This document shows, in pieces, positions 1 to 10,300 of a stretch of 64,000 bases of DNA (positions are counted from its first letter, which is position 1; the number at the start of each line of letters is the position of its first letter). The stretch lies in contig JBDRKL010000006.1 of the NCBI GenBank assembly GCA_043814055.1, forward strand, positions 26,550 to 90,549, given 5' to 3'. The notes under the pieces were generated by a model that did not search any database, was not told where the DNA came from, and saw nothing but the letters and a program-made list of their open reading frames with translations. Source of the stretch: an archaeon (GTDB lineage: Archaea; Undinarchaeota; Undinarchaeia; Undinarchaeales; JBDRKL01). The translations under genes were made by a program, and so were the position numbers.

Positions 1-310
1 CGTGCATCACTTCTTTGGAAAGAACTATTTTTCCTCCAAAAGCATGCACTATGCCCTGATGCCCCAGGCAAACCCCGAGTATCGGTTTTTTGATTTTCTT
101 TATCACATCTCCGCATACCCCGAAGTCTCTCGGGTTCTCCACGCTCCCGGGTCCAGGTGATATCACAATACCTGTTGGGTTGAGTTCTTCAATCTCGCTC
201 AGCGAAACCTTATCGTTCCTATACACAACTGGCTCTGCCCCACACTCTCCCAGGTACTGCACCAGGTTGTACACGAATGAATCATAATTGTCCAAAACCA
301 GGATTTTCAT
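1..310 (-). CDS. trpG: Anthranilate synthase component II (glutamine amidotransferase), runs off window start
   Basis: Manual translation MKILVLDNYDSFVYNLVQYLGE...SPGPG...GVCLGHQG; start overlaps trpE stop (ATGA). Confidence 0.92.
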   Translation of the reverse strand, partial: MKILVLDNYDSFVYNLVQYLGECGAEPVVYRNDKVSLSEIEELNPTGIVISPGPGSVENPRDFGVCGDVIKKIKKPILGVCLGHQGIVHAFGGKIVLSKEVMH

Positions 311-1620
311 TGCAGCGCCTCCACCAATGCATCCGCCTTGTGCCTGCACTCCTCGTGCTCTTGTTCAGGGTCTGAATCCATCACAATGCCCGCACCTGCC
401 TGAATCCTGTAAACATTATCCTGAATTATCGCAGTCCGTATGGCAATCGCAAAATCCATATTCCCGTTCGCAGAGAAATAGCCAACACACCCTCCGTACG
501 GCCCGCGCTTGGTGTTTTCAAGCTCATCAATAATCTCCATGGCCCGCACCTTTGGGGCTCCTGTCAAAGTCCCAGCAGGGAAAGTTGCTTTGAACCCATC
601 GAACACGTCTTTGCCCTTCCTCAGTTCTCCTGTGACTCTTGAAACAATATGCTGCACATGGCTGTACTTCTCAACATTTTTGTACTCCGGCACTTCAACT
701 GTTCCGAATTTTGCAACTTTCCCAATGTCATTCCTGCCCAAATCAACAAGCATAATGTGCTCTGCGTTCTCCTTTGGGTCTGCAAGCAGTTCCTTCGCGA
801 GCTTTGCATCTTCCTCTTCAGTTTTGCCCCGCGGTCTTGTGCCTGCAATTGGGTTCGTCTCAATCTTGTTCTCTGACACCCTTACCAAGGACTCCGGGCT
901 CGCCCCTACAATCTTTGTGTCAAAGTCCAGATAGAACATGTAGTTCGACGGGTTTATCGAGCGCAAGCGCGCATAGAAAACCAGCGGGTCTAGCTCTGAC
1001 TCAACATCAAACCGCTGCGATAAAACCACCTGGAATATCTCACCCTGCCTCAGCCTTTCCTTTGCAATACCCACGTTCTGCTCAAACTGCTCTTTTGTGC
1101 TGTTCGATTTGATGCTCCCAACCTTTGCCCCGTTCTCTACTAGAACCTCTTTGCCCAAAACTTTCTCAACTTCCTCCGCCCTGTACTTCCCAAAGCTAAA
1201 GTAGTACGCGCAGTTCGCAAACCTGTCAATCACAACTCCTTCCTTGTAAAGCCCGAATTTCATATCAGGCAGGTTCAAATCGTCTTTGCAATTGTCGGGA
1301 ATTTCTTCAATATACCGTATAGCATCATACCCAACATACCCAACCAATCCGCCCGCGTACGGCAGCTTTGACTCGCAGCGGTTAGCATTTGAAATTTCTT
1401 TCAGAAACTCAAATGGATTTTCAATGTTCTGCTCCTTTCCATTGACGCGCGCCACGCCATTCTTAATCTCAATCAAAAGCTCGGGGTCAAATCCCAAAAA
1501 GGAGTAGCGGTTCAATCGGAACTTGCCGGGCGTCGCGCTCTCCAACAGGAAGCAATTTTTATATTCAGTTCTGAGGGCTGCTATGCAGTGCAGCGGGTCT
1601 CTTTGCTGAAGCTTCGCCAT
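307..1620 (-). CDS. trpE: Anthranilate synthase component I
   Basis: LLES, FQVVLSQR, NPSNYM, PIAGTRPRG, EHIMLVDLGRND, PAGTLTGAPK motifs. Confidence 0.95.
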   Translation of the reverse strand: MAKLQQRDPLHCIAALRTEYKNCFLLESATPGKFRLNRYSFLGFDPELLIEIKNGVARVNGKEQNIENPFEFLKEISNANRCESKLPYAGGLVGYVGYDAIRYIEEIPDNCKDDLNLPDMKFGLYKEGVVIDRFANCAYYFSFGKYRAEEVEKVLGKEVLVENGAKVGSIKSNSTKEQFEQNVGIAKERLRQGEIFQVVLSQRFDVESELDPLVFYARLRSINPSNYMFYLDFDTKIVGASPESLVRVSENKIETNPIAGTRPRGKTEEEDAKLAKELLADPKENAEHIMLVDLGRNDIGKVAKFGTVEVPEYKNVEKYSHVQHIVSRVTGELRKGKDVFDGFKATFPAGTLTGAPKVRAMEIIDELENTKRGPYGGCVGYFSANGNMDFAIAIRTAIIQDNVYRIQAGAGIVMDSDPEQEHEECRHKADALVEALQ

Positions 1621-1663
1621 TGGAATGGCATCGCCTTATGTTCCATTTTAATCTCAAACTTAG

Positions 1664-1706
1664 TGTACAATGTACTATATATGACTTTGTAGTTCAGAAG
1701 TGTACA
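1664..1706. promoter_or_regulatory. TRP boxes (TrpY operator) overlapping the trpEG promoter
   Basis: TGTACA 1664-1669, TGTACT 1671-1676, TGTACA 1701-1706 around a TATA-like element; TGTACA is the TRP box bound by archaeal TrpY; variant TGTGCA at 2211-2216 upstream of trpY. Confidence 0.75.
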
Positions 1707-2207
1707 TTAATAGATGGTTACGCCCTTAACTCCCTTTGATTTCCTCAATTTCTGTATAAGCGAGCTCGGCACTTGCCTTTCACAAATCACAAGCAAGCGC
1801 GCGTCCTCTGCAAACTCAGGGTCATCGCTCACCGCCTGCCGTATGCTTATCCCCGCATCAGCTATAATCTTTGAAACTCCTGCAAGTATCCCTGTGCCTG
1901 AAGCATCATCCGGAACAATCTCAACCACGCTCCAGCCCATCTTCTCTGCAACATCCTTGAAATAAGCTGCAGGGTGCAGGTTTTCAAAAACCTTTTTGAG
2001 CTCGGCGGTCTTTTCAATGGTCTGCACAGATGCATTGACCACGCGACGGTCAACTCCAAGAGCTCGTGCAATCCTGAGCGCAGGTATCTCAATATTCTCG
2101 CAATAAACTTTCCCTTTCTTTACGCTGAGGCCGTATTGAAGCATCAGAGCCGCGACTTTCTCCTGCGCGGGGAATTCCTTAAAATGCTCCTTTAGTGCAG
2201 ACCACAT
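1707..2207 (-). CDS. trpY: TrpY-like tryptophan-responsive regulator (HTH + C-terminal ACT domain)
   Basis: MW start, IARALGVDRRVV HTH, GILAGVSKIIADAGISIRQ ACT motif; adjacent to trpE and TRP boxes. Confidence 0.8.
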   Translation of the reverse strand: MWSALKEHFKEFPAQEKVAALMLQYGLSVKKGKVYCENIEIPALRIARALGVDRRVVNASVQTIEKTAELKKVFENLHPAAYFKDVAEKMGWSVVEIVPDDASGTGILAGVSKIIADAGISIRQAVSDDPEFAEDARLLVICERQVPSSLIQKLRKSKGVKGVTIY

Positions 2208-2242
2208 AAGTGTGCATTGGTGTTACCTTTATAAAACTCTTT

Positions 2243-3499
2243 CTAAATAAAACTCCAAACCAAAACAATAAGCAGCGCAACAGGCGCAATATACTTTATC
2301 ACAACCTCAAACGCCTTGCGCATCTTAATTCCTGCCTCTTTGCTCAGCTTCTCAGCTCCGTACACATAACTCAAGCTCATACACGTGAAGAAACCAATCA
2401 GCGGCAGCATCACAGTTCCTGCAAAGTGGTTGAACATTTCAAATGCCTCCATTGAAAGCGCGCTCGGCACCCCAATCGCAAAGAGTATTACAGATACAAT
2501 GCCAACCATTTTTCCCCTCGTCATATTCCACTTCTCTCCAATGCTTGCCACGAAAGTTTCAACTCCTGAAATCACTGAAGTAATCCCTGCGAAGAACAGG
2601 AGCAGAAAAAACGCGAGCGCGAAGTAAGTTCCATAAGCCATCTGGCTGAACACGTGCGGCAGGGAAATGAACGCGAGCCCCGGGCCCTCTGCAGGTGCAA
2701 TGCCGAACGCGAACACAATCGGGAATATAATCAAGCACGCAAGCAAGCTGATGCTGAAATCACCAAGGGAGACAATCACGGAATCGCGTGCAATATTCTC
2801 CTTCCTGTTCAAGTAGCTTCCATAGGTCATCAAAATACCCAAGCTCAAGCCGAGTGAAAAGAATATCTGACCGAGCGCAACAAGTATGATGTGGCCGTTT
2901 ATCACTGCGTTGCTTGGGTCAAGGAAAGTTGCCAGCCCTGCAAACGCTCCTGGCAATGTTAAAGATCTTGCAACCAATATGAGCATCAGAACCACGAGCA
3001 TTGGAATCAAAATCTTCGCGCTCCTCTCAATCCCTTTTCGCACTCCGTGGTACACAATCACGCCTGCGAAGACAAGAACAGCCACCTGAAATATCAAAAC
3101 ACTTGGAGTTGCGGTGAAATTGCTGAACGCAGAGCTTGGGTCGCTCACGCCTCCAAACAAATAAATCGTAAAATATCTCAACACCCACGCAACAACGATT
3201 ATGTAAAACGAAAGAACTGCCATTGAATTGATAATTATCACATACCCAAGCTTCTTTGACTTGCCCCTGAGTGTTTCAAAAGCTGTGATTGGGCTCTTCC
3301 CTGTTCTCCTGCCAAAGCTGAGCTCCATAATCATAAGCGGAACTCCGATGAGGAAAAGCGCGATTATGTAAACAAAAAGAAATCCAGCCCCGTTCTCTCC
3401 AAGGAGATACGGAAATCTCCAAATATTGCCAATTCCGACCGCCCCCCCTATAGCTGCAAAAATAAATCCCCAGTGCGTCTTCCAGGTCTCCTTAATCAT
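2243..3499 (-). CDS. Neurotransmitter:sodium symporter (NSS/SNF) family amino-acid transporter
   Basis: AVGIGNIWRFPY, GVRKGIERSAK, GQIFFSLGL, GPGLAFI motifs; about 11 TM segments. Confidence 0.9.
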   Translation of the reverse strand: MIKETWKTHWGFIFAAIGGAVGIGNIWRFPYLLGENGAGFLFVYIIALFLIGVPLMIMELSFGRRTGKSPITAFETLRGKSKKLGYVIIINSMAVLSFYIIVVAWVLRYFTIYLFGGVSDPSSAFSNFTATPSVLIFQVAVLVFAGVIVYHGVRKGIERSAKILIPMLVVLMLILVARSLTLPGAFAGLATFLDPSNAVINGHIILVALGQIFFSLGLSLGILMTYGSYLNRKENIARDSVIVSLGDFSISLLACLIIFPIVFAFGIAPAEGPGLAFISLPHVFSQMAYGTYFALAFFLLLFFAGITSVISGVETFVASIGEKWNMTRGKMVGIVSVILFAIGVPSALSMEAFEMFNHFAGTVMLPLIGFFTCMSLSYVYGAEKLSKEAGIKMRKAFEVVIKYIAPVALLIVLVWSFI

Positions 3500-3501
3500 T
3501 T

Positions 3502-3960
3502 TTAGTACGGATTCTCCTCGTACCTAAGCTCAAGGGACTCGCCATATTGCACTGCGTATTCGCCTGGCTCCTTAAAGTTCAAGCCGCCATTTGTGTAAAA
3601 TACCCAAATGTGCGTTTCGTTGTTCGTCGCGCTGTACCCCTGCGCAGAAACGCTCCTAATCTCAAGAGTTCCAATGTCTGTAATCTTTTGGTCAACCACT
3701 GCAATCTTGTTGAACGCGTCCTCTGCTGTCTGCCCATCAGTTAGGTTTACAATCTCAGTCACAACCTCATAGTCGCTGAAGCTTACTGAAGCTCTTACTT
3801 GAATGCCTGCATCTTCCTGCGGCTCGGCAGTTTCCCCTGTCAAGTACGGAATAATATAAGCGAGACCGCTCACTACCAGTATTATAACGAGAATCAAGCC
3901 ACACATTCCCCCTGGCTTCTTCAGTTTCTTGAATTTTCTTGATTTGCCTTTTTTTGTCAT
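3502..3960 (-). CDS. Membrane-anchored DUF4430-like protein
   Basis: N-terminal TM; C-terminal WVFYTNG...EYAVQYGESLELRY pattern. Confidence 0.55.
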   Translation of the reverse strand: MTKKGKSRKFKKLKKPGGMCGLILVIILVVSGLAYIIPYLTGETAEPQEDAGIQVRASVSFSDYEVVTEIVNLTDGQTAEDAFNKIAVVDQKITDIGTLEIRSVSAQGYSATNNETHIWVFYTNGGLNFKEPGEYAVQYGESLELRYEENPY

Positions 3961-3963
3961 TAT

Positions 3964-4497
3964 TTATGGTTTAACCCTCTTTGCTTGATAATAAGTCAAA
4001 TCGCCCTCAGCATCAACCACTGCAATCCACACAATCTTTTTAACGCTGTGCCCGAGCCTGATAAGTCTTGAAAGCTCAGTCATTGTGAGCTTGTAATTCT
4101 CAGGCACGCAGTGCACCATGTAAGGCGAGTGCGCTTCGCCTGGCGCGTCCCCGCGCTTGTAAACCCTGAAGTCTGACCCAAATTTAAATCCTGTCTTGAC
4201 TAAGTAGCCGCGCTCCCTCAAGTCACTGTACGCCACATACTTTGTGAAAATATTCTTGTCGCTCTTCTTGCCGAGTTCAAGCAGCTCCTCAAACTTGATT
4301 TTCTTTTTTCCTTCCTTCACGTTCAGCCTGCTCTTCTCGCTCAGGTATATTGCCTCAATGAGCGACATCTGCAACTGCCCGCCCTTCAGCATCTGCCCGT
4401 AGAATCCCCGCTGGTAAATGCTATTGGCTTCGCTCTCCTTCTCAACGAGCACGTTCTGGCCTATAATCTTGCCTTTTGCAATAATTTTTCTTGGCAT
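3964..4497 (-). CDS. endA: tRNA-intron endonuclease (single-unit, alpha4-size)
   Basis: LSLIEAIYL-like, YSDLRERGY, KTGFKFGSDFRVY, HS..., HSVKK catalytic motifs; 177 aa. Confidence 0.92.
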   Translation of the reverse strand: MPRKIIAKGKIIGQNVLVEKESEANSIYQRGFYGQMLKGGQLQMSLIEAIYLSEKSRLNVKEGKKKIKFEELLELGKKSDKNIFTKYVAYSDLRERGYLVKTGFKFGSDFRVYKRGDAPGEAHSPYMVHCVPENYKLTMTELSRLIRLGHSVKKIVWIAVVDAEGDLTYYQAKRVKP

Positions 4498-4531
4498 AAC
4501 ACAGAATGATAGAAAGAGTGGCTAATAAACC

Positions 4532-5332
4532 TTACTCCTTGTTGTTATTTCCGCCGTTGTTCCCGTTCAGCCCGCCATAGCGCAGATAATCATTAAGCTT
4601 GTATACTGGACTTTCTGTGTATTCCTCTCCTAGGAAATGCGCCGCAAGCTTCTTGTAGGCTCTTGACGATGCTGAGTTCGGCTTGTAAGTCACAACAGGC
4701 TTCCTGTAGTATTGGCTCCTCCTAACGTTCTCGTCAAAAGGTATCTTTGCGATGATTGGATAATTTCTAAGTATTCCTGTAATTGCGCTGTCCTTGAGCT
4801 CGTGCCTGGCGCCCGTGACCCTGGTGACTACAATGCCAAGGACTTTTTTCTTGTATTTCTCAGCAATCTTCACTGCCTTGAGCGCATCAACCAGCGCGGG
4901 CAGTTCAGGATTAGTAACAAGCAAAACCTCGTCAGCTGCTTCAACTGACTTGCGCACATTGCCCCAGAGCCCTGCTGCGCAGTCAAGTAAAACAATATCG
5001 TGCGACTCTGCGAGAGGCGCGAGGGCTTCTCTAAAGTCAGCGAGAGTCCTGTCCCCTGCATCAGCAAGCGAAATTCCTGCCTGAATTACGTCAAGCCCGC
5101 TACTGTGCTTGCACACCGCGTCCTCAACGCTCACCTCGCCCCTGAGTATGCTGTGTATGTTGGTCGGCCTCGGCGGGAAGCCGAGCTGGAGCGCAACATT
5201 TGGGGTGCTTAAATTAGTGTCAACTACAACCACGTTAGCGTTCGCGTTTCTCAGAGCTACGCCAAGATTAACTGCAGTCGTGGTTTTCCCAACGCCCCCC
5301 TTCCCTGAAAGTATTGCAACGTATCGTGTAAT
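4532..5332 (-). CDS. minD: Archaeal MinD/ParA family ATPase, probable ATT start
   Basis: Frame extends upstream of the ORF-track start to ITRYVAILSGKGGVGKTT; in-frame TGA directly before ATT at 5332-5330; GGTGA SD 5 nt upstream. Confidence 0.85.
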   Translation of the reverse strand: MTRYVAILSGKGGVGKTTTAVNLGVALRNANANVVVVDTNLSTPNVALQLGFPPRPTNIHSILRGEVSVEDAVCKHSSGLDVIQAGISLADAGDRTLADFREALAPLAESHDIVLLDCAAGLWGNVRKSVEAADEVLLVTNPELPALVDALKAVKIAEKYKKKVLGIVVTRVTGARHELKDSAITGILRNYPIIAKIPFDENVRRSQYYRKPVVTYKPNSASSRAYKKLAAHFLGEEYTESPVYKLNDYLRYGGLNGNNGGNNNKE

Positions 5333-5395
5333 TCAAATCACCTGAATTAATAAGACCTACAGTACTTGTACTAAGTATATAAATTTAATGGGTTT

Positions 5396-7291
5396 CTAAA
5401 CTCCGCTTACAACGCCGTTGACATAGTCGTCCCCGGTCTTTGCTGCAGATTTCTGCTCAGGCTCAGCCGCGGTTCCAAGCTGGTTCTGTATCTGCTGTGC
5501 CTCTGCAATATTCTTTGTAAAAACTGCCTTCATTGTGCCAAGATTTCCAACAACCCTATCCGCGTCCTTCGGGGTCCACTTGCGCTCCATCGGAGCTGCT
5601 GAAATTGTTTTTATCTTGCCGAGGTCAAACAGCTTTTTCTTTCCTGCTGGCGCCACTGGAGCTCCTGCGTTCGGTGTTGCCGCTGTGTCTTCCCCTTTGT
5701 TCTCCCCAAGCTGTTTCTGCTGGTAGAAGTAGTACCCTGCAAGTGCCATTACGAGCAGCATTCCGATTGCTGCACTGCCTGTTCCAAGCGTCAGGTATCC
5801 GCTGAGTCCGCTGCCCTCACTGTCTCCGCCTTCGTCCTCGCCAGTTATGAAGAACCTGTAGGTGACATATTCGTCATCATCGTCGCTCTTTATGTGAATG
5901 TCAACAGTGAAGTTGCCAACCGGGGTGTTGTTGAGCTGGCCGCTAATTTCAATGGTCTTCGCGCTCTCCGGCCCGACAGTTATGCTTCCTGGCTGGAGGT
6001 TTACGATGTCCAGTCCATCTGAAATCAGGAGGTATGTGTTCTCCTTGCTGTCCATGTTGTTTATGACAAGCGTTGCGGTGAAGTTGCCATTCTGCGTTGC
6101 GTTGAGCTGGCTTTTGCTGGTGCTCACTATGAGCCCGCCGCCCTCTTCAACCTCAAGCATGGTGCTCCTGCTCGTGTCCTTCTCAAGGTCCACGCTGGCC
6201 TTGAAATATATTTCGTACTTGCCTGCCTGCCTTTCTATAGGGGTGTCAGCAGCTGAGATGTAGAACCTTGCGGTGCGCGTCTCGCCATCCGCGAAGTATA
6301 TGCTCTGGTCGTCCAGCTTCTCGCCGTCTATGTACAGCTCTACTCTGACATTGTCGCCGGTGTAGCTGTCAAGATTTCTGAATGTGATTGGTGCGCTCAC
6401 AAGGACAGTGCCCCTGTAGTCTGACTTTATTGTGGTCGGGCTAACTCTTGGAGTATCTATCTCAATGTCAAGGCGGTTTCCCCGTTCTGTGAGGTCAAGT
6501 CTTGAGTCGTCCTCGGCATAGGCGTCGTCGCTCTCTGCGCTTATCCTAATGCTGTAGGTTGTGGTATCCTCATTCTCTGGGACATCCACGTAAAGCGTTA
6601 TTGTCTCGCGCTCGCCAGCATTGATTGTAACCTTGTCATCCTCAAGGTCAAACCAGTCCTCTATGTCCTCCCTGACGTCAAGCTCTATATCATAAGTGTC
6701 CTTCCTTGTTCCGTAATTCCTGATTGTGATTTCATACTCGCCGTTCTCGCCGGCCTCAAGGCGCAGAACGCCCGGGCTCATCTGCACGCCAACGATGTAC
6801 TCTGCATCTGTGTCCTCGTCTCCAGTATCGTTCTCGTCCCCGCCATCGTCCGTCTCGTTATCGTTATCATCACAGCCGCCGTCGCCTGCAAGCTGAACAT
6901 TGAAAGTGGTTGTTGCCTCTGCGCTACCGCCATCCGGCCTGGTCACAGATGCTGTGAGTGTGTATGCTCCAAGCTCGTTGTAGTAGTATCCGCCGCCGAC
7001 TTCGGTGTAGAAGTATCCGCTCTTTGCCTTGTTCGCCTGGACAAGGTCAAAAATCGCGCCTTCTATGTATATGGCAACCATGTCGTTGGTTCCTGTGCCG
7101 TTCTCGGTCACGAAACCCGTGACATGAACTGCCTGGTCAGTGTATCCGCAGCTGTCAACGTAAATTGTTGAGGTTGCGTTGAGCAGAGTTATGCTTGGGT
7201 TTGTAACAGTCGTGCTGTTATCTGCATAGCCAGCTCCAGTAAACAGTAAAAAAATCAAAACGCCAATTGTCGCTGCAAGGTTTAGTTTCAT
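5396..7291 (-). CDS. Secreted, C-terminally anchored surface protein with Ig-like (CARDB/NEW3-like) domains
   Basis: Signal peptide MKLNLAATIG..., acidic beta-rich domains, C-terminal TM plus cytoplasmic tail; own TATA at about 7328-7333, so the ORF-track extension to 7495 is rejected. Confidence 0.7.
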   Translation of the reverse strand: MKLNLAATIGVLIFLLFTGAGYADNSTTVTNPSITLLNATSTIYVDSCGYTDQAVHVTGFVTENGTGTNDMVAIYIEGAIFDLVQANKAKSGYFYTEVGGGYYYNELGAYTLTASVTRPDGGSAEATTTFNVQLAGDGGCDDNDNETDDGGDENDTGDEDTDAEYIVGVQMSPGVLRLEAGENGEYEITIRNYGTRKDTYDIELDVREDIEDWFDLEDDKVTINAGERETITLYVDVPENEDTTTYSIRISAESDDAYAEDDSRLDLTERGNRLDIEIDTPRVSPTTIKSDYRGTVLVSAPITFRNLDSYTGDNVRVELYIDGEKLDDQSIYFADGETRTARFYISAADTPIERQAGKYEIYFKASVDLEKDTSRSTMLEVEEGGGLIVSTSKSQLNATQNGNFTATLVINNMDSKENTYLLISDGLDIVNLQPGSITVGPESAKTIEISGQLNNTPVGNFTVDIHIKSDDDDEYVTYRFFITGEDEGGDSEGSGLSGYLTLGTGSAAIGMLLVMALAGYYFYQQKQLGENKGEDTAATPNAGAPVAPAGKKKLFDLGKIKTISAAPMERKWTPKDADRVVGNLGTMKAVFTKNIAEAQQIQNQLGTAAEPEQKSAAKTGDDYVNGVVSGV

Positions 7292-7358
7292 AGTAATTCT
7301 TCTGCCTTTTAAGTGTGGAAGCAAGTATTTAAACTTTTCGTCACTTTCCAGTGGTAAA

Positions 7359-10300
7359 TTAGGCAGAGCCGTCCTTTCCTGCCTTTTTCTTAGTGTCAGC
7401 ATTCTTTTTGAGCTCTTCCCTCTCAATTTCCTTGAGTACGTCATCCTCAATTGCTTTCTTCTTTTCCTTCTCCTCTTTCTTTCCCTTCTTCCCATTCCTC
7501 TTTTTATTGAGGTTGTGCCTTGCGCTCATCAGCATTACTATGCCGAAGAGCATGAACAAGCCCATCCAGGTGGTTGACTTTATCTGGTTTAAGAGTAGCA
7601 GTACAGTCGGTCCGCCGGTCTCGTCGTCCCAGAGCTTGGTAACCTTGAACTGAGCCACGCCGTCCTCTATGCTGTTTAGTGTTATCTCAAGGTCGTCCAC
7701 TCCATCGTGATCTATGTCCACGGTTGTGGTTTCAAGGCGCTCAATTGAAATTCTTTCAACCTCGCCTCTTATCCTGAGTATTGCCGAGTAGTGCTTCACG
7801 TCCTCAACGCCCAGAAGTTCCTCTACGCCCTTGAATTCAAAGGTGTACTCGTCGCCCTTCACTGTGTCAATTATAAGCTCGTTGTTCTCGCTGAAGTCCA
7901 GTCCAAACTCGCTGGAGTCCCTTGTGACAACTTCCTCAACTGGCTCTTCCTCTTCCTGGCAGGACATTGCGTCCATGCAATCTGAGTCTGCACAGTCAAC
8001 GTCGCCATCGTAATCATTATCCTCGCCATCACTGCAGATTTCAACAAGCGCGGCTGGTGATGCTGACATTGGTGGCCCGCGGCCGCCATATCCCCCGCCC
8101 CCGCCGTAGTATGGCTCAGGTGGCGCAGGTGGTGCTGGAGGCGCAGTAACAGTGTAAATTCCGGTTGCAGTTGTTGCAGTGCCATAATTATCAAGCACGT
8201 AAACCGTGTATGAAATATCTCCAATAGTGTCGTTCTCTGTGTTGTGCACTGCTTCATATGCGGTTCCGCCGGCAGGCATTATCGCGGTGTAGTTCACGCT
8301 GCCAATTTCAACATAAATGTTGCTGACTCCAATGTCGTCGGTTGCAGTCACGGCAAACATTATGAGATTGCCCTGAGTTACAGGGTTTGGCTCAACAGTT
8401 ACCCCGTTTATCACAGGCGGGGTGTTGTCCGCAACAACTGTGTAGCTGCCTGCAAGTGGCGCTGCATTATTGCCTGCATTGTCGCTCGCGTATGCGGTGT
8501 AATTGAAAGTTCCAATCGCGCTTGTGTCTGCGCCATTATAACAGTACATATCCTGGGTTCCTGCGTAAAGCGCTGCAGTGTAATTCACGCCTGCAAGCTC
8601 AATGAACACCGCGTTCACCGCAGTGTCATCAGTGACGTTCGCGCAGATTATGAGCTGGTTGTTCTGCCCAATTATATCGTAGTTCTCGTCAACTGAGTTT
8701 ATCACAGGTACTTCAGCCCAGTCAGCGATTACAATTTCAGGCGGTGCAGTGTAAGTCCTGCCGCCGTATATGATTGTTCCGCTGTATAGTATGCCATTCC
8801 TGATGTCCGCGTTGAGCACAATCATATCGCTGAGCTCGGTGTTCTCTATGCGTGAGTTGGTCACGTCGCAGTTCGTCAGGTTTGAGCTGATTATGGTTGA
8901 GATTGTTGCGTTTGTGTTTATCAGGTTTGACGGATCAACGTATGAGTCAACAATGTACGCGTCCGTGAGTGTTGAGTCAAGCACTGTTGAGCGGAGCAGT
9001 ATGCTGTTCACTATTGTTGACCTCTCGGCTCTTGAAGCGTTTGCTGAGCTGATGTCAAAGCTGGTGTCTGTGAGGTTTGAGCACTCGTAGACGTAGCTGT
9101 TTATCAGCTGGCCGTCGGTCACGTTCGCGTCCGTGTAGTAGTAAGAGTCAACAAAGGTCCTGAGCACCCAGTTGCATCCTGCCGGAGCCAGGGTTACAGT
9201 GACGTTCTGGGATGAAAGGTTCCACTGGGTCTCGTCATCCGTGACGTTGAGTGTTATTGTGTAAGTGCCCTCGCTGGTGTAGGTGTGCGTTGGGTTGCTG
9301 CCAGTTGCAACAGTGCCATCGCCGAAGTCCCAGGCGTAGCCTGTTATTGCTCCACCGTCCGGGTCGTAGCTCGTTGAGCCGTCAAATACTATCACGTTCG
9401 TAGTGTCCGGATTAAGCGGCTGGTAAGTGAACTGCGCTATTGGAGGCACTGCGCTCGGGGAGAGCACTACAAAAGTGGTGCTCTCAGTGTTGTTAACATT
9501 TCCGTAAGTGTCAAATGCAGAGTATGTGATGCTGTACACGCCATATTCATTCGGTATGGTGTAGCTTGTGCTGTATGTATCGCCGCCAGCGTTTGTGAGT
9601 GTCAGCATTTCTGAACTGCCGTTAGGGATTGTTACAAGCGCATACACGCTGTTTATCCCTGATGCATCGGTCGCGTCTGCTGAAATTGTTATCACATCTG
9701 ACACGTTGTACATACTGCCTGCAGCAGGAATCAGATTGAACACAAGCGGCGCAGTGGTGTCTATATCAGTTACTGTGTAGTCGCTGGAGTAAATTGCCAC
9801 GTTTCCACTGGTGTCATTTGCATATATAATATAATCAACAGTTCCAACTGAGCTTGTGTTTGCGCTTGTTGATTCATAGGTGTTGCCTGACACGTGTGTC
9901 ATTGTGTAGTTCTGTCCATTAGCCTCAAGCGTTACAGTGTCTACTGCAACATTGTCCGTAACGTCCGCGCTTATCAACTGTGGAGCGTTCTGCACGATTG
10001 GGTCAAACCTCTCAATGACATTGCTGATTACTGGATTTTCTGTGTCTGCTTGCGCGATAACTGTGTAGTCGCCGTTTATTGGTGCTGCATCATTTGCTGA
10101 ACCATCATTTGCATAGATGGTGTAGTCAAAAGTTCCAAGCGTGCTGGTGTTTGCTGCTGTGTACTCGTATGAGTTCCCGCCAGTGCTGGTCATTGTGTGG
10201 TTCTGTCCTGCGAGTTCAATCTGCACGGTGTTCACTGCTACATTGTCTGCCACGTCTGCTGTAATTGTGATTATTGCATCTTGTTCTACCGGGTCAGGGA

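Noticed and set aside
7292-7495. Arg/Lys-rich N-terminal extension of the 699-aa ORF
   Set aside because: It overlaps the upstream gene's end; a signal peptide and TATA support the start at 7291
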